A DNA stretch of 63,256 nt, filler included. It is 6 parts of 6 records of this genome, joined end to end, with 100 filler letters (N's around TTAATTAATTAA, not from the genome) between each part and the next. Parts side by side here need not be neighbours in the genome. Positions count along the whole stretch, not along the records: positions 16,319 to 27,073 come from DRR723986_5531; positions 27,174 to 34,207 come from DRR723986_5532; 4 more parts are not named here. The stretch is one strand, 5' to 3'. Positions 21,533-30,525 of the stretch are shown here, piece by piece; position 1 is the stretch's first letter, and every line of letters begins with the position of its first letter. Made by a program: the position numbers and the translations under genes. The notes under the pieces were generated by a model. The model ran no database searches. It worked only from the letters and a program-made list of their open reading frames with translations, and had not been told where the DNA came from.

Positions 21533-22642
21533 TCAGGCGGCCTTTCTTTCCGTTGCGGGCCAGACCAGGGCCTCAAGCAGGAGTGAGCGGGTCAGAAAAC
21601 CTTCGAACACTCCCTCCTGGCATACCGGAACATGATCCAGATTATCGCGAACCATCACATGCAGGGCATCACCAAGCGGCAGGGTGCCGTCGAAAGACGT
21701 CACCGGAGCATGCAGGAGGTCTCGAGCGAGGGGAGGGGCGAAGTTCGATCCGTCACCGAAGCCTTTGCTCAGGACGCGCAGAAGGTCGCGCTGGTTGATG
21801 AGACCGGCAAGATGGCCGTCAGCATTCACGACTGCGACTTTGGATGTTTCGGACTGCTGCAGTTTACTGAGGATTTCCTGTAGAGACGCGTCTGGAGCTA
21901 CATGAAGGTGTTCCAGGGCGATCGCATCTGCACAGGCTACCCCTTCGAAGGGAGGCTGTATCAACTCTGCCTCGACAGCGGCCACAAGCCGGGCAAGATC
22001 GACAGCACCGAGGTTGGTCGACTGGTGAAATTTCGACAGCAGGTCCGACAGATTTTCCTCGGTCAGGCCAAGCCGCCGCATTGGTGGTGGCCCGCTTTGC
22101 GAAAGGCTTGTCCGGAATGGATATTTCCGACCGGAGAAACGATGAAACACCAGGCCGGACGCCACCAGTACACTAGTCATCACGGCTGTATTGAAGACGA
22201 TCATCAGCGCGCCTGTTTCCGTCAGAAGCTCAGGCGACAAGCCAATCAGCAAGGCGACAGCTCCGCCAGGCGGATGCAGAGCCCGGCCGAGCATCATCGC
22301 GGCAAACGCAAGCGCGACAGCCAGAACCGGCGCGGTTTCCAACGGCAGCAAGGCAAGCGCCACCACACCGCACACCGCCGACAAGGTGTTTCCCAGAATT
22401 GCGGACCAAGGCTGTGCAAGCGGGCTGTTTGGTACGGCAAACACCAGTACGGCAGAGGCACCAAGAGGCGCCATCAGAAACAACGGCAGGCCCCCATATG
22501 CATGCATCAACCACACCATCAGCGCGCATGCGCCGATACCGACAGCGCCGCCTACCATGGCCAGAAACGCTTCGGTTGGCTGCGGCCAAGGCAACGCCGG
22601 GGCAAACGCGGTCCTGAAGGTTTGTTTGGGATCTATATGCAT
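21533..22642 (-). CDS. HPP-family membrane protein with C-terminal CBS pair
   Basis: LGASAVLVFAVPNSPLAQPW, LHPPGGA; CBS-like C-terminus. Confidence 0.9.
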   Translation of the reverse strand: MHIDPKQTFRTAFAPALPWPQPTEAFLAMVGGAVGIGACALMVWLMHAYGGLPLFLMAPLGASAVLVFAVPNSPLAQPWSAILGNTLSAVCGVVALALLPLETAPVLAVALAFAAMMLGRALHPPGGAVALLIGLSPELLTETGALMIVFNTAVMTSVLVASGLVFHRFSGRKYPFRTSLSQSGPPPMRRLGLTEENLSDLLSKFHQSTNLGAVDLARLVAAVEAELIQPPFEGVACADAIALEHLHVAPDASLQEILSKLQQSETSKVAVVNADGHLAGLINQRDLLRVLSKGFGDGSNFAPPLARDLLHAPVTSFDGTLPLGDALHVMVRDNLDHVPVCQEGVFEGFLTRSLLLEALVWPATERKAA

Positions 22643-22765
22643 GAAGTCGCCTGAAAAATGTGCAATTGCACAAGTTCTAGGCGAAAAATCTGGAATTGAC
22701 TTGGATTTTGAAACTCAATTTTGGTCCTGTCGCGAAACGGATTTTCGCACTTGGGCCGAGGGCGA

Positions 22766-23764
22766 TCAGGCAGCCTTCTCGTGTTTGGCTGCTTTCAACC
22801 TGATTTTCATGAGCGCCAAAAGCCGGCGGGCATCGGTGTCATCGAGCATGTGGTAGTTCGTTAGCCACTTGCTGCCGGTGCTTTCGGGAAACTTCAGATG
22901 CTTGCATCGTTCCTTGCACACGGCCTGGAATTCCATTGCACCGATGCCGGTGGCCCGGCAGACGGTGGCAATGCCGGTGGAATCGAACCGGACCATGAGA
23001 TTGTGGACATATTTCATGTCGAGGCCGGAGAAGAACGAGAGCAAGGCGACCGCATCGAGAAGATTGTGTTCCTGAGCCAGCTGGTAGACCGCCTTGTTCA
23101 GGGTCGTCTTGCCGAGCCGGATGCCCATCAGCCACGCCTTCGGGCTGATCTTGGATTGCTTTTTCACCAGTTCCGCACCGGCAGCAACTTCACCGTCGTC
23201 ACGGAACAGATCTTCCAGCAGTTCCTCGTTCGACTTGCGCAAGTGCCGGATGCGGTCACCAAGCTGCTTGGGCATGTCCTTCACCAGGCTTTCGAACACC
23301 GGCATGGTGATCTCGGCGCCGAGGTTGGCGGCCAGCGTGTGTTTGACGTCCCTGCTGCCGCGCTTGATCAGGATATTGCTGATATCGTTGCTGACGTGGT
23401 CGCGCTTGGCGAGGGCCAGAAGGTAACCCTGGTCCTTGGTTTCCGCGATCTTGCGCAGATCTTCCTCGCGAAGCGACTTGGAGCGTTCCAGCACTGCCTG
23501 GGCCACTGGCAGGTCGTCGCCGGCCATTGCCGCGGCAAGCTTGGAGGACATTGACGGCACATCGGCAAGACGTTCGGACATCTTGCGCTTGGCGTCGTGA
23601 GCAAGGGAATCGTAGACGCCCTCGAGCATGTTGTTCAGAAGATGCGTCTCTTCGGAGCCGGGGTCGTCTGCGCGGGCAACAAGCAGGCCTGTCACGTGCT
23701 CGGCAAGCTCGTGTTTTTTCTCTGAAGAACTGTCCCTGGCAAGCTTAAGAAGCGAGTCGCTCAT
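22766..23764 (-). CDS. DUF2336-family protein (paralog B)
   Basis: Colinear with 19521-20600 (KYVHNLMVRFDSTGIATVCRA vs KYVTNVMVRYDSTGVAVLCRA). Confidence 0.8.
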   Translation of the reverse strand: MSDSLLKLARDSSSEKKHELAEHVTGLLVARADDPGSEETHLLNNMLEGVYDSLAHDAKRKMSERLADVPSMSSKLAAAMAGDDLPVAQAVLERSKSLREEDLRKIAETKDQGYLLALAKRDHVSNDISNILIKRGSRDVKHTLAANLGAEITMPVFESLVKDMPKQLGDRIRHLRKSNEELLEDLFRDDGEVAAGAELVKKQSKISPKAWLMGIRLGKTTLNKAVYQLAQEHNLLDAVALLSFFSGLDMKYVHNLMVRFDSTGIATVCRATGIGAMEFQAVCKERCKHLKFPESTGSKWLTNYHMLDDTDARRLLALMKIRLKAAKHEKAA

Positions 23765-23893
23765 GTCCGTACCCTATCGGCATAAGTTTCGCCAAATTTC
23801 CTTTATAACCTGTGAAAACCACCAAGTGCTTTGTTGCAATAAGGTGATTTCGGCACTGTTGACCTTCCGGCACCGATGGGTCATTCCACGCGC

Positions 23894-24544
23894 ATGAACG
23901 CAACCTTGATGCCGATCCTCTATTCTTTCCGCCGCTGCCCCTATGCCATCAGGGCAAGGCTCTCGATTGCCGCAAGTGGCGAGCAGGTCGAATTGCGGGA
24001 AATCGTCCTGAGGGACAAGGCACCCGAATTTCTGGAAACTTCTCCCTCGGCAACGGTACCCTGCCTGAAGACCGGTGAAACGGTGATCGATGAAAGCCTC
24101 GACATCATGCTCTGGGCGCTTGACCGGTCCGACCCGGAAAACTGGCTGAAGCCGGAAAAAGGCGATCTCGATGCCATGCTGGAATTGATCGGCGTTTGCG
24201 ATGGCCCGTTCAAAAGCCATCTGGATCGCTACAAGTACGATACGAGATATCCGGACACTGACAGGGAAACAGAGCAAGCCGGTGCTGCGGAGTTCCTTTG
24301 GCATCTGGACAGCCGTCTCGCCGCTACGCCCTGGCTTTTCGGCGGCAAGGCCTCGCTGGCCGACTTTGCGATCCTGCCGTTCGTTCGTCAGTTCGCCAAC
24401 TCGGATCGCAGCTGGTTCGACAGCCAGGAGTGGACGTCGCTGAAAGCCTGGCTGGAAGCCTTCGAAGTGTCTCCCCGGTTTCAATCCGTGATGCCGAAAT
24501 GGAACCGATGGCAGGCGGGCGATACGCCGGTCATCTTCCCCTGA
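23894..24544 (+). CDS. glutathione S-transferase family protein
   Basis: LYSFRRCPYAIRAR, ATVP, DESLDIM, PFVRQF; start could be 23909. Confidence 0.9.
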   Translation: MNATLMPILYSFRRCPYAIRARLSIAASGEQVELREIVLRDKAPEFLETSPSATVPCLKTGETVIDESLDIMLWALDRSDPENWLKPEKGDLDAMLELIGVCDGPFKSHLDRYKYDTRYPDTDRETEQAGAAEFLWHLDSRLAATPWLFGGKASLADFAILPFVRQFANSDRSWFDSQEWTSLKAWLEAFEVSPRFQSVMPKWNRWQAGDTPVIFP

Positions 24545-24860
24545 CAGGCGAATCGAACCCCTCATAACGCGAAGCAGAGAACACTCTGCCTGGGTCGCTG
24601 GCCGGCTGTTTCCTGCTTCCTGCACTCGGTTTTCAGTTCTGTGCATGTTCGGGACGGAAAAAACCGTAGTCACTTGTGCCCCGGTCGTGGCGGTTTTCCT
24701 CACGTTCTCTGTCATTTCTTCCAACCTTACAAAACCGTAATGCCGCCGACAGGCGCCTGTAAGACTGGTTCACCTACTTTCACTTTCGAACCTGGAGCGC
24801 TTTCCCCGCAAGCAGTCCAGGAAATGGTTTTCAAACCTTATCTCGAAAGAGGAAGACAAC

Positions 24861-26396
24861 ATGCAAAACAGTCGCTCAGTTTCTCCCCTGCGCTCCCGTC
24901 GCGCCAAACTGCTGGCAGGCGTCGTCGCGCTCGGCGCAGCCGGACTTCTGACGGCACAGACCATTGTTCCGAGCCAGTTGGCTCTGGCTGATGCTGTCCG
25001 TGTCGATACTGCGGCTCCGCTGGACTTCTCCCACGTCGTCACTGCCGTCAGCCCGGCCGTTGTCAGCGTTCAGGTCAAGCAGGCCGCAGAACCGCGCATG
25101 ATGAACTTCGGTGGCGGCAACGACAATTTCGAAGACTTCTTCAAGGGTCTCCCTGATGGCCATCCGTTCCAGCGCTTCTTCCGTGAGTTCGGCGGCAAGG
25201 GTGGCGGTGACCAGCAACAAAATCAGCGCCGTGCCCCGCGCCAGTATGGCATTTCCCAGGGCTCCGGCTTCTTCATCTCTGATGACGGTTACCTCGTCAC
25301 CAACCATCACGTGATCGAAAACGGGACCGAGTTCACCGTGATCGACCGTGACGGCAAGGAATATGACGCCAAGCTGATCGGCGCCGACAAACGGACGGAT
25401 CTGGCCCTTCTGAAAGTCGAAAGCGACGAAACGTTCACCTATGTCGATTTCGCCAAGGAAGCACCGCAGGTCGGCGAATGGACTGTCGCTATCGGTAACC
25501 CGTTCGGTCTCGGCGGCTCCGTCACGGCGGGTATCGTCTCGGCACGTGGCCGCGACATCGGCGCCGGCCCTTATGACGACTTCATCCAGATCGATGCCCC
25601 GGTCAACCGCGGCAACTCCGGTGGTCCGGCCTTCAACATGCATGGCGAAGTCATCGGTGTGAATGCGGCGATCTTCTCGCCGTCCGGTGGCAACGTCGGT
25701 ATCGCCTTCGCAATTCCGGCTTCGACCGCGCAGGATGTCATCATGGAGCTGAAGGACGACGGCACCGTCGTTCGCGGCTGGTTGGGCGTTCAGATTCAGA
25801 ACGTCACGGATGACATCGCGGAGAGCCTTGGCCTCGAAGAGGCCCGCGGCGCCATCGTCGCGGAAGCGCAGGAAAACAGCCCGGCACAGAAGGCTGGCCT
25901 GCGCTCGGGCGACACCATCCTTGCCGTTGACGGCACTGAAGTGAAGGGCCCGCGCGAGCTGTCCAAGATCATTGCGGCTTACGAGCCCGACAGCCAGGTT
26001 GACATCACGGTCTGGCGTGACGGCCAGAAAGAGGACGTCACCGTAACACTGGGCCGCCTGCAGGATCAGGAACAGGTTGCAGCCGCTCAGCCTGAGGCCG
26101 GTGAAAGCAAGACCAGCCTGGATGATCTCGGCCTGGTCCTGGCGACGAAAGCCGAAGCTGGCCTGGAAGGTGACGGCGTGGTTATTGCCGAAATCGACCC
26201 GGAAAGCCCGGCAGCCGAAAAGCGCCTCAACACCGGTGACGTGATCCTGGAAGTGGCCGGCATGAAGGTCAACAGCCCGTCCGACGTGCTGAAGGCGCTG
26301 GACAAGGCGGAAAAGGATGGCCGCAAGGCGGTTCTCTTCCGGGTTGAAAGCAACAACACGACACGGTTCGTGGCCCTGCCCATGAACCTCGCCTGA
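24861..26396 (+). CDS. degP: DegP/Do-family periplasmic serine protease with two PDZ domains
   Basis: TNHHVI, DLALL and GNSGGP catalytic triad; RGWLGV PDZ; signal peptide. Confidence 0.93.
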   Translation: MQNSRSVSPLRSRRAKLLAGVVALGAAGLLTAQTIVPSQLALADAVRVDTAAPLDFSHVVTAVSPAVVSVQVKQAAEPRMMNFGGGNDNFEDFFKGLPDGHPFQRFFREFGGKGGGDQQQNQRRAPRQYGISQGSGFFISDDGYLVTNHHVIENGTEFTVIDRDGKEYDAKLIGADKRTDLALLKVESDETFTYVDFAKEAPQVGEWTVAIGNPFGLGGSVTAGIVSARGRDIGAGPYDDFIQIDAPVNRGNSGGPAFNMHGEVIGVNAAIFSPSGGNVGIAFAIPASTAQDVIMELKDDGTVVRGWLGVQIQNVTDDIAESLGLEEARGAIVAEAQENSPAQKAGLRSGDTILAVDGTEVKGPRELSKIIAAYEPDSQVDITVWRDGQKEDVTVTLGRLQDQEQVAAAQPEAGESKTSLDDLGLVLATKAEAGLEGDGVVIAEIDPESPAAEKRLNTGDVILEVAGMKVNSPSDVLKALDKAEKDGRKAVLFRVESNNTTRFVALPMNLA

Positions 26397-26484
26397 TCAG
26401 GGGCCGGTTCTGCCCCGAACCGGACCTGTGAGGCAAGACCGGCCTGCCCTCTGCCCCCAAACCCCGACGGGCCGGTCATTGCCA

Positions 26485-26560
26485 AGGGTTTATCTGCTAA
26501 ACCCTGACTGACTGGCGGCGGCGACTCTCACATCCATCGCCGCCGTCAGCCATTTTCTTT
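26485..26560 (+). terminator. hairpins/terminator between degP and the response regulator
   Basis: AGGGTTTA-TCTGC-TAAACCCT, then a ~16-bp stem (26509-26552) followed by TTTTCTTT. Confidence 0.55.
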
Positions 26561-26587
26561 AGGGCCAACTCAAGCTAAAAGGATGAG

Positions 26588-27073
26588 ATGTTGAGGATTC
26601 TTGTCATTGAAGACGACCCGGAAGCTGCAAGCTACCTCGTCAAGGGTTTGAGTGAACTGGGCCACACCGCCGACCAGGCTGCCGATGGGCGGACCGGGCT
26701 GGATATGGCCCTCGACAGGGACTACGACATCCTCATTGTTGACCGCATGCTGCCGAAGATGGATGGCCTTTCGGTCATTCAGGACCTGCGCCGGGAAGGC
26801 AATCACACACCGGTGCTGATCCTCTCGGCGCTCGGTCAGGTCGATGACCGCGTCAAGGGCCTGAAGGCCGGTGGCGACGACTACCTGCCCAAGCCTTACG
26901 CCTTTACCGAACTTCAAGCCCGCATAGAGGCACTGGCACGACGCCCCAAGTCAGCCAGCCAGATTGAGACCACCTATACCGTCGGCGACCTGACGCTGGA
27001 CCGGATGGCGCATTCGTGCCGCCGCGGCGAAACGGAAATCCCGCTGCAGCCGCGTGAATTCCGCCTTCTGGAA
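26588..27073 (+). CDS. OmpR-family response regulator, 3'-truncated
   Basis: RILVIEDD, IVDRMLP, GGDDYLPKPY, LQPREFRLLE. Confidence 0.92.
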
Positions 27074-27173
27074 NNNNNNNNNNNNNNNNNNNNNNNNNNN
27101 NNNNNNNNNNNNNNNNNTTAATTAATTAANNNNNNNNNNNNNNNNNNNNNNNNNNNNNNNNNNNNNNNNNNNN
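27074..27173. other. artificial contig spacer
   Basis: N44-TTAATTAATTAA-N44. Confidence 0.99.
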
Positions 27174-27322
27174 ATGCAGACGCCTTCGTAGTTCTGCACA
27201 CGGCTGCGCGTGCCTTCGGTCACTTTGTAGCCAACGCGGATGGTGTCACCCGCCTTGAAATCCGGAATTTCCTTGCCAAGCGCAGCGACCTGCTCGGCTT
27301 CCAGCTGTGCGATAATGTCCAT
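27174..27322 (-). CDS. rplS: 50S ribosomal protein L19, 3'-truncated
   Basis: [11 protein letters not shown]...[40 protein letters not shown]. Confidence 0.95.
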
Positions 27323-27445
27323 CGCAGCTCTCCATTTCTGATCGTGGTTTGCCCACGAATGTGATGTCCGCCTCAGAGCTCTTGGTCTTCTTCCGGGTCC
27401 GCCTATGCGCCCGCCAGAGATCAGGTCGTCTTTCCTTTGTGGCGT
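27323..27445 (-). ncRNA. candidate structured rplS leader resembling a trmD 3' tail
   Basis: Translates as [11 protein letters not shown] (trmD here ends TRDRRPDLWEA); nested stems and an RBS-proximal hairpin UCGUGG-GCAAA-CCACGA. Confidence 0.45.
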
Positions 27446-27549
27446 CTTGCGGGGCAGGGGCCGCGATGCGGGGCCGAAGAAAGCCCCACCCAATCCGGTC
27501 CTGCCAATAGCAAAACGGCCCCGAGTCGGATTCCGACCGGGACGGGCGG

Positions 27550-27578
27550 GGTATAGGCGGGAAGCGGGCCGGGATCAA
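27550..27578 (-). promoter_or_regulatory. sigma70-like promoter for rplS
   Basis: TTGATC-N17-TATACC. Confidence 0.5.
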
Positions 27579-27672
27579 GGGGCCTGTTCGTGACGGTGTC
27601 GCAAACGGAACAGCCCCGTGCGTTGTGCAAATGCTAGCCCGGACCGACGGAAGGTGAAACGGAGAAAGTGCC

Positions 27673-28980
27673 ATGGCTGAGAGGCAAATTGCCGGTGATC
27701 TGCTGGTGATTGGCGGCGGCACGGCGGGCTTTGGCGCGGCGGTCACTGCGGCGCGTCAAGGGCTGTCGGTACAGCTGGTCGAGGCGGGCGACAGACTTGG
27801 TGGCGTCATGGCCTTTTGCCCGGGTATGCCTTGGGGCGGCGGCTTTCCTTGTGACGTGTCGATCGGGGGCATCTTCGATGAGCTGACCGACAGGCTGGCT
27901 GCGCAAACCCCGCCTGCCGCCGAAAAGCGCTATTCCACCTTGGAAAATTTCGGGGCGGAGGTGATCTATGACCCCGACATGGCGCAGATCGAGATGTTCG
28001 CGATGCTGGAGGAAGCGGGCGTGCATCTGCACCTGAACACACTGGCTGAGGCCCCGGTTATGGACGGCACGCGCATCGCCGCCGTCACCGCGATGGACCG
28101 GCACGGGCCGCTGACCTTCCGTCCCCGAATGGTGGTGGATGCCTCCGGCGATGGCCATATCGCGGCGCAGGCGGGGGTGCCGTTCGATCTGGGTGATGCC
28201 AGTGGCAAGATGATGGGCGTGACGCTGTCCTTTCTTATGGTGAATGCGCCGTGGGATCAGGTCTTTGCCGAGGGTGACCCCTATTTCACCCGCCACGCGG
28301 AACGTGGCGTTGCCGAGGGGCGGCTGCACCCGGACCTGTCGCAGCTTTACATGATGAAGGGGTTTCACCCCGGAACGGTGTTCTGCAACTCGGTCATCAT
28401 CCGCAACGTTGACGGTACGGATCCCGTTTCGGTCGCCCGCGCCACGCAGGAAGGCCGCCGCCGCGTGGCGCAACTGGTGGGGTTCCTGCGCGACGAGGTG
28501 CCGGGGTTCGAAAACGCGTGGATGACCGCGCTTGGCCCCACCGTGGGCGTGCGCGAAACCCGTAAACTGCATGGGATGCACCGGTTGACGGGGGCAGAGG
28601 TTTCCGCCGCCACGAAATTTGCCGACGGGATCGTCGCCTGTTCCAACCCGGTTGATGACGTCATGCGCGGCGAGGGTGGCGCGATGACCCATGACGCGGC
28701 GGTGGAGGATGGGTTCTACACGCTGCCCTTCCGTGCCCTCGTGCCCGAACGCATCGAAAACCTGATGTTCGCGGGCCGCAACGTGTCTGCCGACCCCGTG
28801 GCCTTCGCCTCGATCCGGGGGATGCCGCAATGCATGGCCATGGGACAGGCCACGGGCAACGCGGCGGCGCTGGCTTTGGCGGGCAACGCCCCGGTTCAGG
28901 CGCTGGACCCTGCCCGCGTGGTCGCGGCCATGCAGGCGCAGGGTTTGCGTGGGTTGGCGGGGCGAGGGCTGGTTGACTAG
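27673..28980 (+). CDS. FAD-dependent oxidoreductase (FAD_oxidored family)
   Basis: VIGGGTAG, VDASGDG, GVRETR, LPFRALVP..NLMFAGR..S, SIRGMPQCMAMGQA. Confidence 0.88.
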   Translation: MAERQIAGDLLVIGGGTAGFGAAVTAARQGLSVQLVEAGDRLGGVMAFCPGMPWGGGFPCDVSIGGIFDELTDRLAAQTPPAAEKRYSTLENFGAEVIYDPDMAQIEMFAMLEEAGVHLHLNTLAEAPVMDGTRIAAVTAMDRHGPLTFRPRMVVDASGDGHIAAQAGVPFDLGDASGKMMGVTLSFLMVNAPWDQVFAEGDPYFTRHAERGVAEGRLHPDLSQLYMMKGFHPGTVFCNSVIIRNVDGTDPVSVARATQEGRRRVAQLVGFLRDEVPGFENAWMTALGPTVGVRETRKLHGMHRLTGAEVSAATKFADGIVACSNPVDDVMRGEGGAMTHDAAVEDGFYTLPFRALVPERIENLMFAGRNVSADPVAFASIRGMPQCMAMGQATGNAAALALAGNAPVQALDPARVVAAMQAQGLRGLAGRGLVD

Positions 28981-28983
28981 CCG

Positions 28984-29502
28984 CTATTCATCCAGCCGCT
29001 GCACCAGTTCGTCATAGCTGTAGCTCTGCTCGATATGACCCATGTCCCCGGCCACGAACCGAGGATCGGCGGTCAGGCAACCGATGCCACAGACCTGCCG
29101 GGCGATCATGTCTTCGGTGTCGATATACCAAAGCCGCCCGCCGGGGGTAGCGACCCATCCGTCGATGCCCTCTGCTTCGTCGCCTTCCATGTCGTCGCCG
29201 CTTGGAACCTCGTTGTAGTAGTCCGGGCTATATGCGCCGTGAGTGTGATACGAGGCGGTAATGACAGCGATGTTGGTGGGATCATCGGACAGGCAAGACC
29301 CTTCGTCGCCGCGCGTTGCAGCTGAGGCCACCAGTTGACCGTTGTCGTCCAGCCCGACATAGCCGCAATATTCAACGTTCTCCCGGAACGAGATTGGTTG
29401 AAGCTGCGCAAAGACCTGCCGGATCAGGGCGTCTTCGGCGGCGGATTGGGCCGTGGCGGGGATCGGGGCAAGCAGCAGGCAGGACAGAAGGACAGAACGC
29501 AT
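28984..29502 (-). CDS. secreted DUF4329-family (JAB/MPN-like) protein
   Basis: Signal peptide; EYCG, YHTHG, PSGDD, ATPGGRLW. Confidence 0.75.
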   Translation of the reverse strand: MRSVLLSCLLLAPIPATAQSAAEDALIRQVFAQLQPISFRENVEYCGYVGLDDNGQLVASAATRGDEGSCLSDDPTNIAVITASYHTHGAYSPDYYNEVPSGDDMEGDEAEGIDGWVATPGGRLWYIDTEDMIARQVCGIGCLTADPRFVAGDMGHIEQSYSYDELVQRLDE

Positions 29503-29567
29503 GGGGAAGCCTTTGATCGGAAATCAATGCGGCGAACCTAGGCGCAGAAGGTCCGCCTGCAAAGGGG

Positions 29568-30380
29568 TCAGCTTTTGTCCTTGCGGGCCTGATAGGCCTC
29601 CCACAGATCGGGCCTGCGGTCCCGTGTCAGCGCTTCGGACTGCTCCTTGCGCCATTCCTCGATCCTGCCGTGATGGCCCGACAGCAGAACCTCGGGTATG
29701 TCGCGGCCTTCCCAGAGGGCGGGCTTGGTGTATTGGGGATGTTCCAACAGCCCGTCAGAGAAGCTTTCCTCCTCGGTCGAGGCCTGATTGCCCAGAACAT
29801 TCGGAATAAGCCGCACGGTTGCGTCGATCACGGTCTGTGCCGCAATCTCGCCGCCAGTCAGCACGAAATCCCCGATCGAGATTTCCTCCATCCCGAAATG
29901 GTCGATCACCCGCTGATCCACCCCTTCGAAACGGCCGCATAGCAGGGTCATCCCCTCGGCCTGCGAAAAGCGTTGTGCATCGGCCTGGGTGAACGGTTTG
30001 CCGCGCGGGGACAGGTAAACGCGCGGCCAGCGGGCGGGGTCGTCAGGCGTGCCGTTGGAGGCCATCCGCAAGGCCCGCCCCAACACATCGGGCCGCATCA
30101 CCAGACCCGCGCCGCCGCCTGCGGGCGTGTCATCGACGTTGCGATGCTTGCCCGCCCCGAAGACGCGCAGATCAATCGGCTCCAGCGCCCACAACCCCTG
30201 TTGCAGCGCCTTGCCGGTCAGCGATGCGCCCAGAACGCCGGGAAAGACCTCGGGGAACAGGGTCAGCACCTTGGCTGTCCACGCACCCTTCAGGCGCGGC
30301 GTGGGCGTCATCAGATCGCGCGGCTTAAGACTGGCGCTGATCGACAGGCGACCATGGGATTTGGAGGGTGTGTCAGACAT
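29568..30380 (-). CDS. trmD: tRNA (guanine37-N1)-methyltransferase
   Basis: VLTLFPE, VDDTPAGGGAG, LLCGRFEGVDQR, SIGDFVLTGGE, LLEHPQYTKP, LLSGHH, RRPDLW. Confidence 0.96.
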   Translation of the reverse strand: MSDTPSKSHGRLSISASLKPRDLMTPTPRLKGAWTAKVLTLFPEVFPGVLGASLTGKALQQGLWALEPIDLRVFGAGKHRNVDDTPAGGGAGLVMRPDVLGRALRMASNGTPDDPARWPRVYLSPRGKPFTQADAQRFSQAEGMTLLCGRFEGVDQRVIDHFGMEEISIGDFVLTGGEIAAQTVIDATVRLIPNVLGNQASTEEESFSDGLLEHPQYTKPALWEGRDIPEVLLSGHHGRIEEWRKEQSEALTRDRRPDLWEAYQARKDKS

Positions 30381-30388
30381 GCGCCAAG

Positions 30389-30417
30389 GGGTTACTCGCA
30401 AGCGGGGCCTGATACAA
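30389..30417 (-). promoter_or_regulatory. sigma70-like promoter giving a near-leaderless trmD transcript
   Basis: TTGTAT-N17-TAACCC, 8 nt before the ATG; no Shine-Dalgarno. Confidence 0.4.
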
Positions 30418-30480
30418 TAGAGGCCGCATCGCGACGACACTGTTCTGACCTTGGACGGGGATGCAGTGATTGGCTGATTT

Positions 30481-30514
30481 GAGCCCAACGCGCAAATTGC
30501 TGCGCCGCGCACGA
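30481..30514 (-). repeat. cargo-flanking motif B (copy 1)
   Basis: 25/34 identical to 63111-63144 (opposite strand). Confidence 0.55.
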
Positions 30515-30525
30515 GGGCCCGCAGC

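Noticed and set aside
23774-24724. 316-aa minus-strand ORF
   Set aside because: It is antisense to the GST gene and has no motifs.
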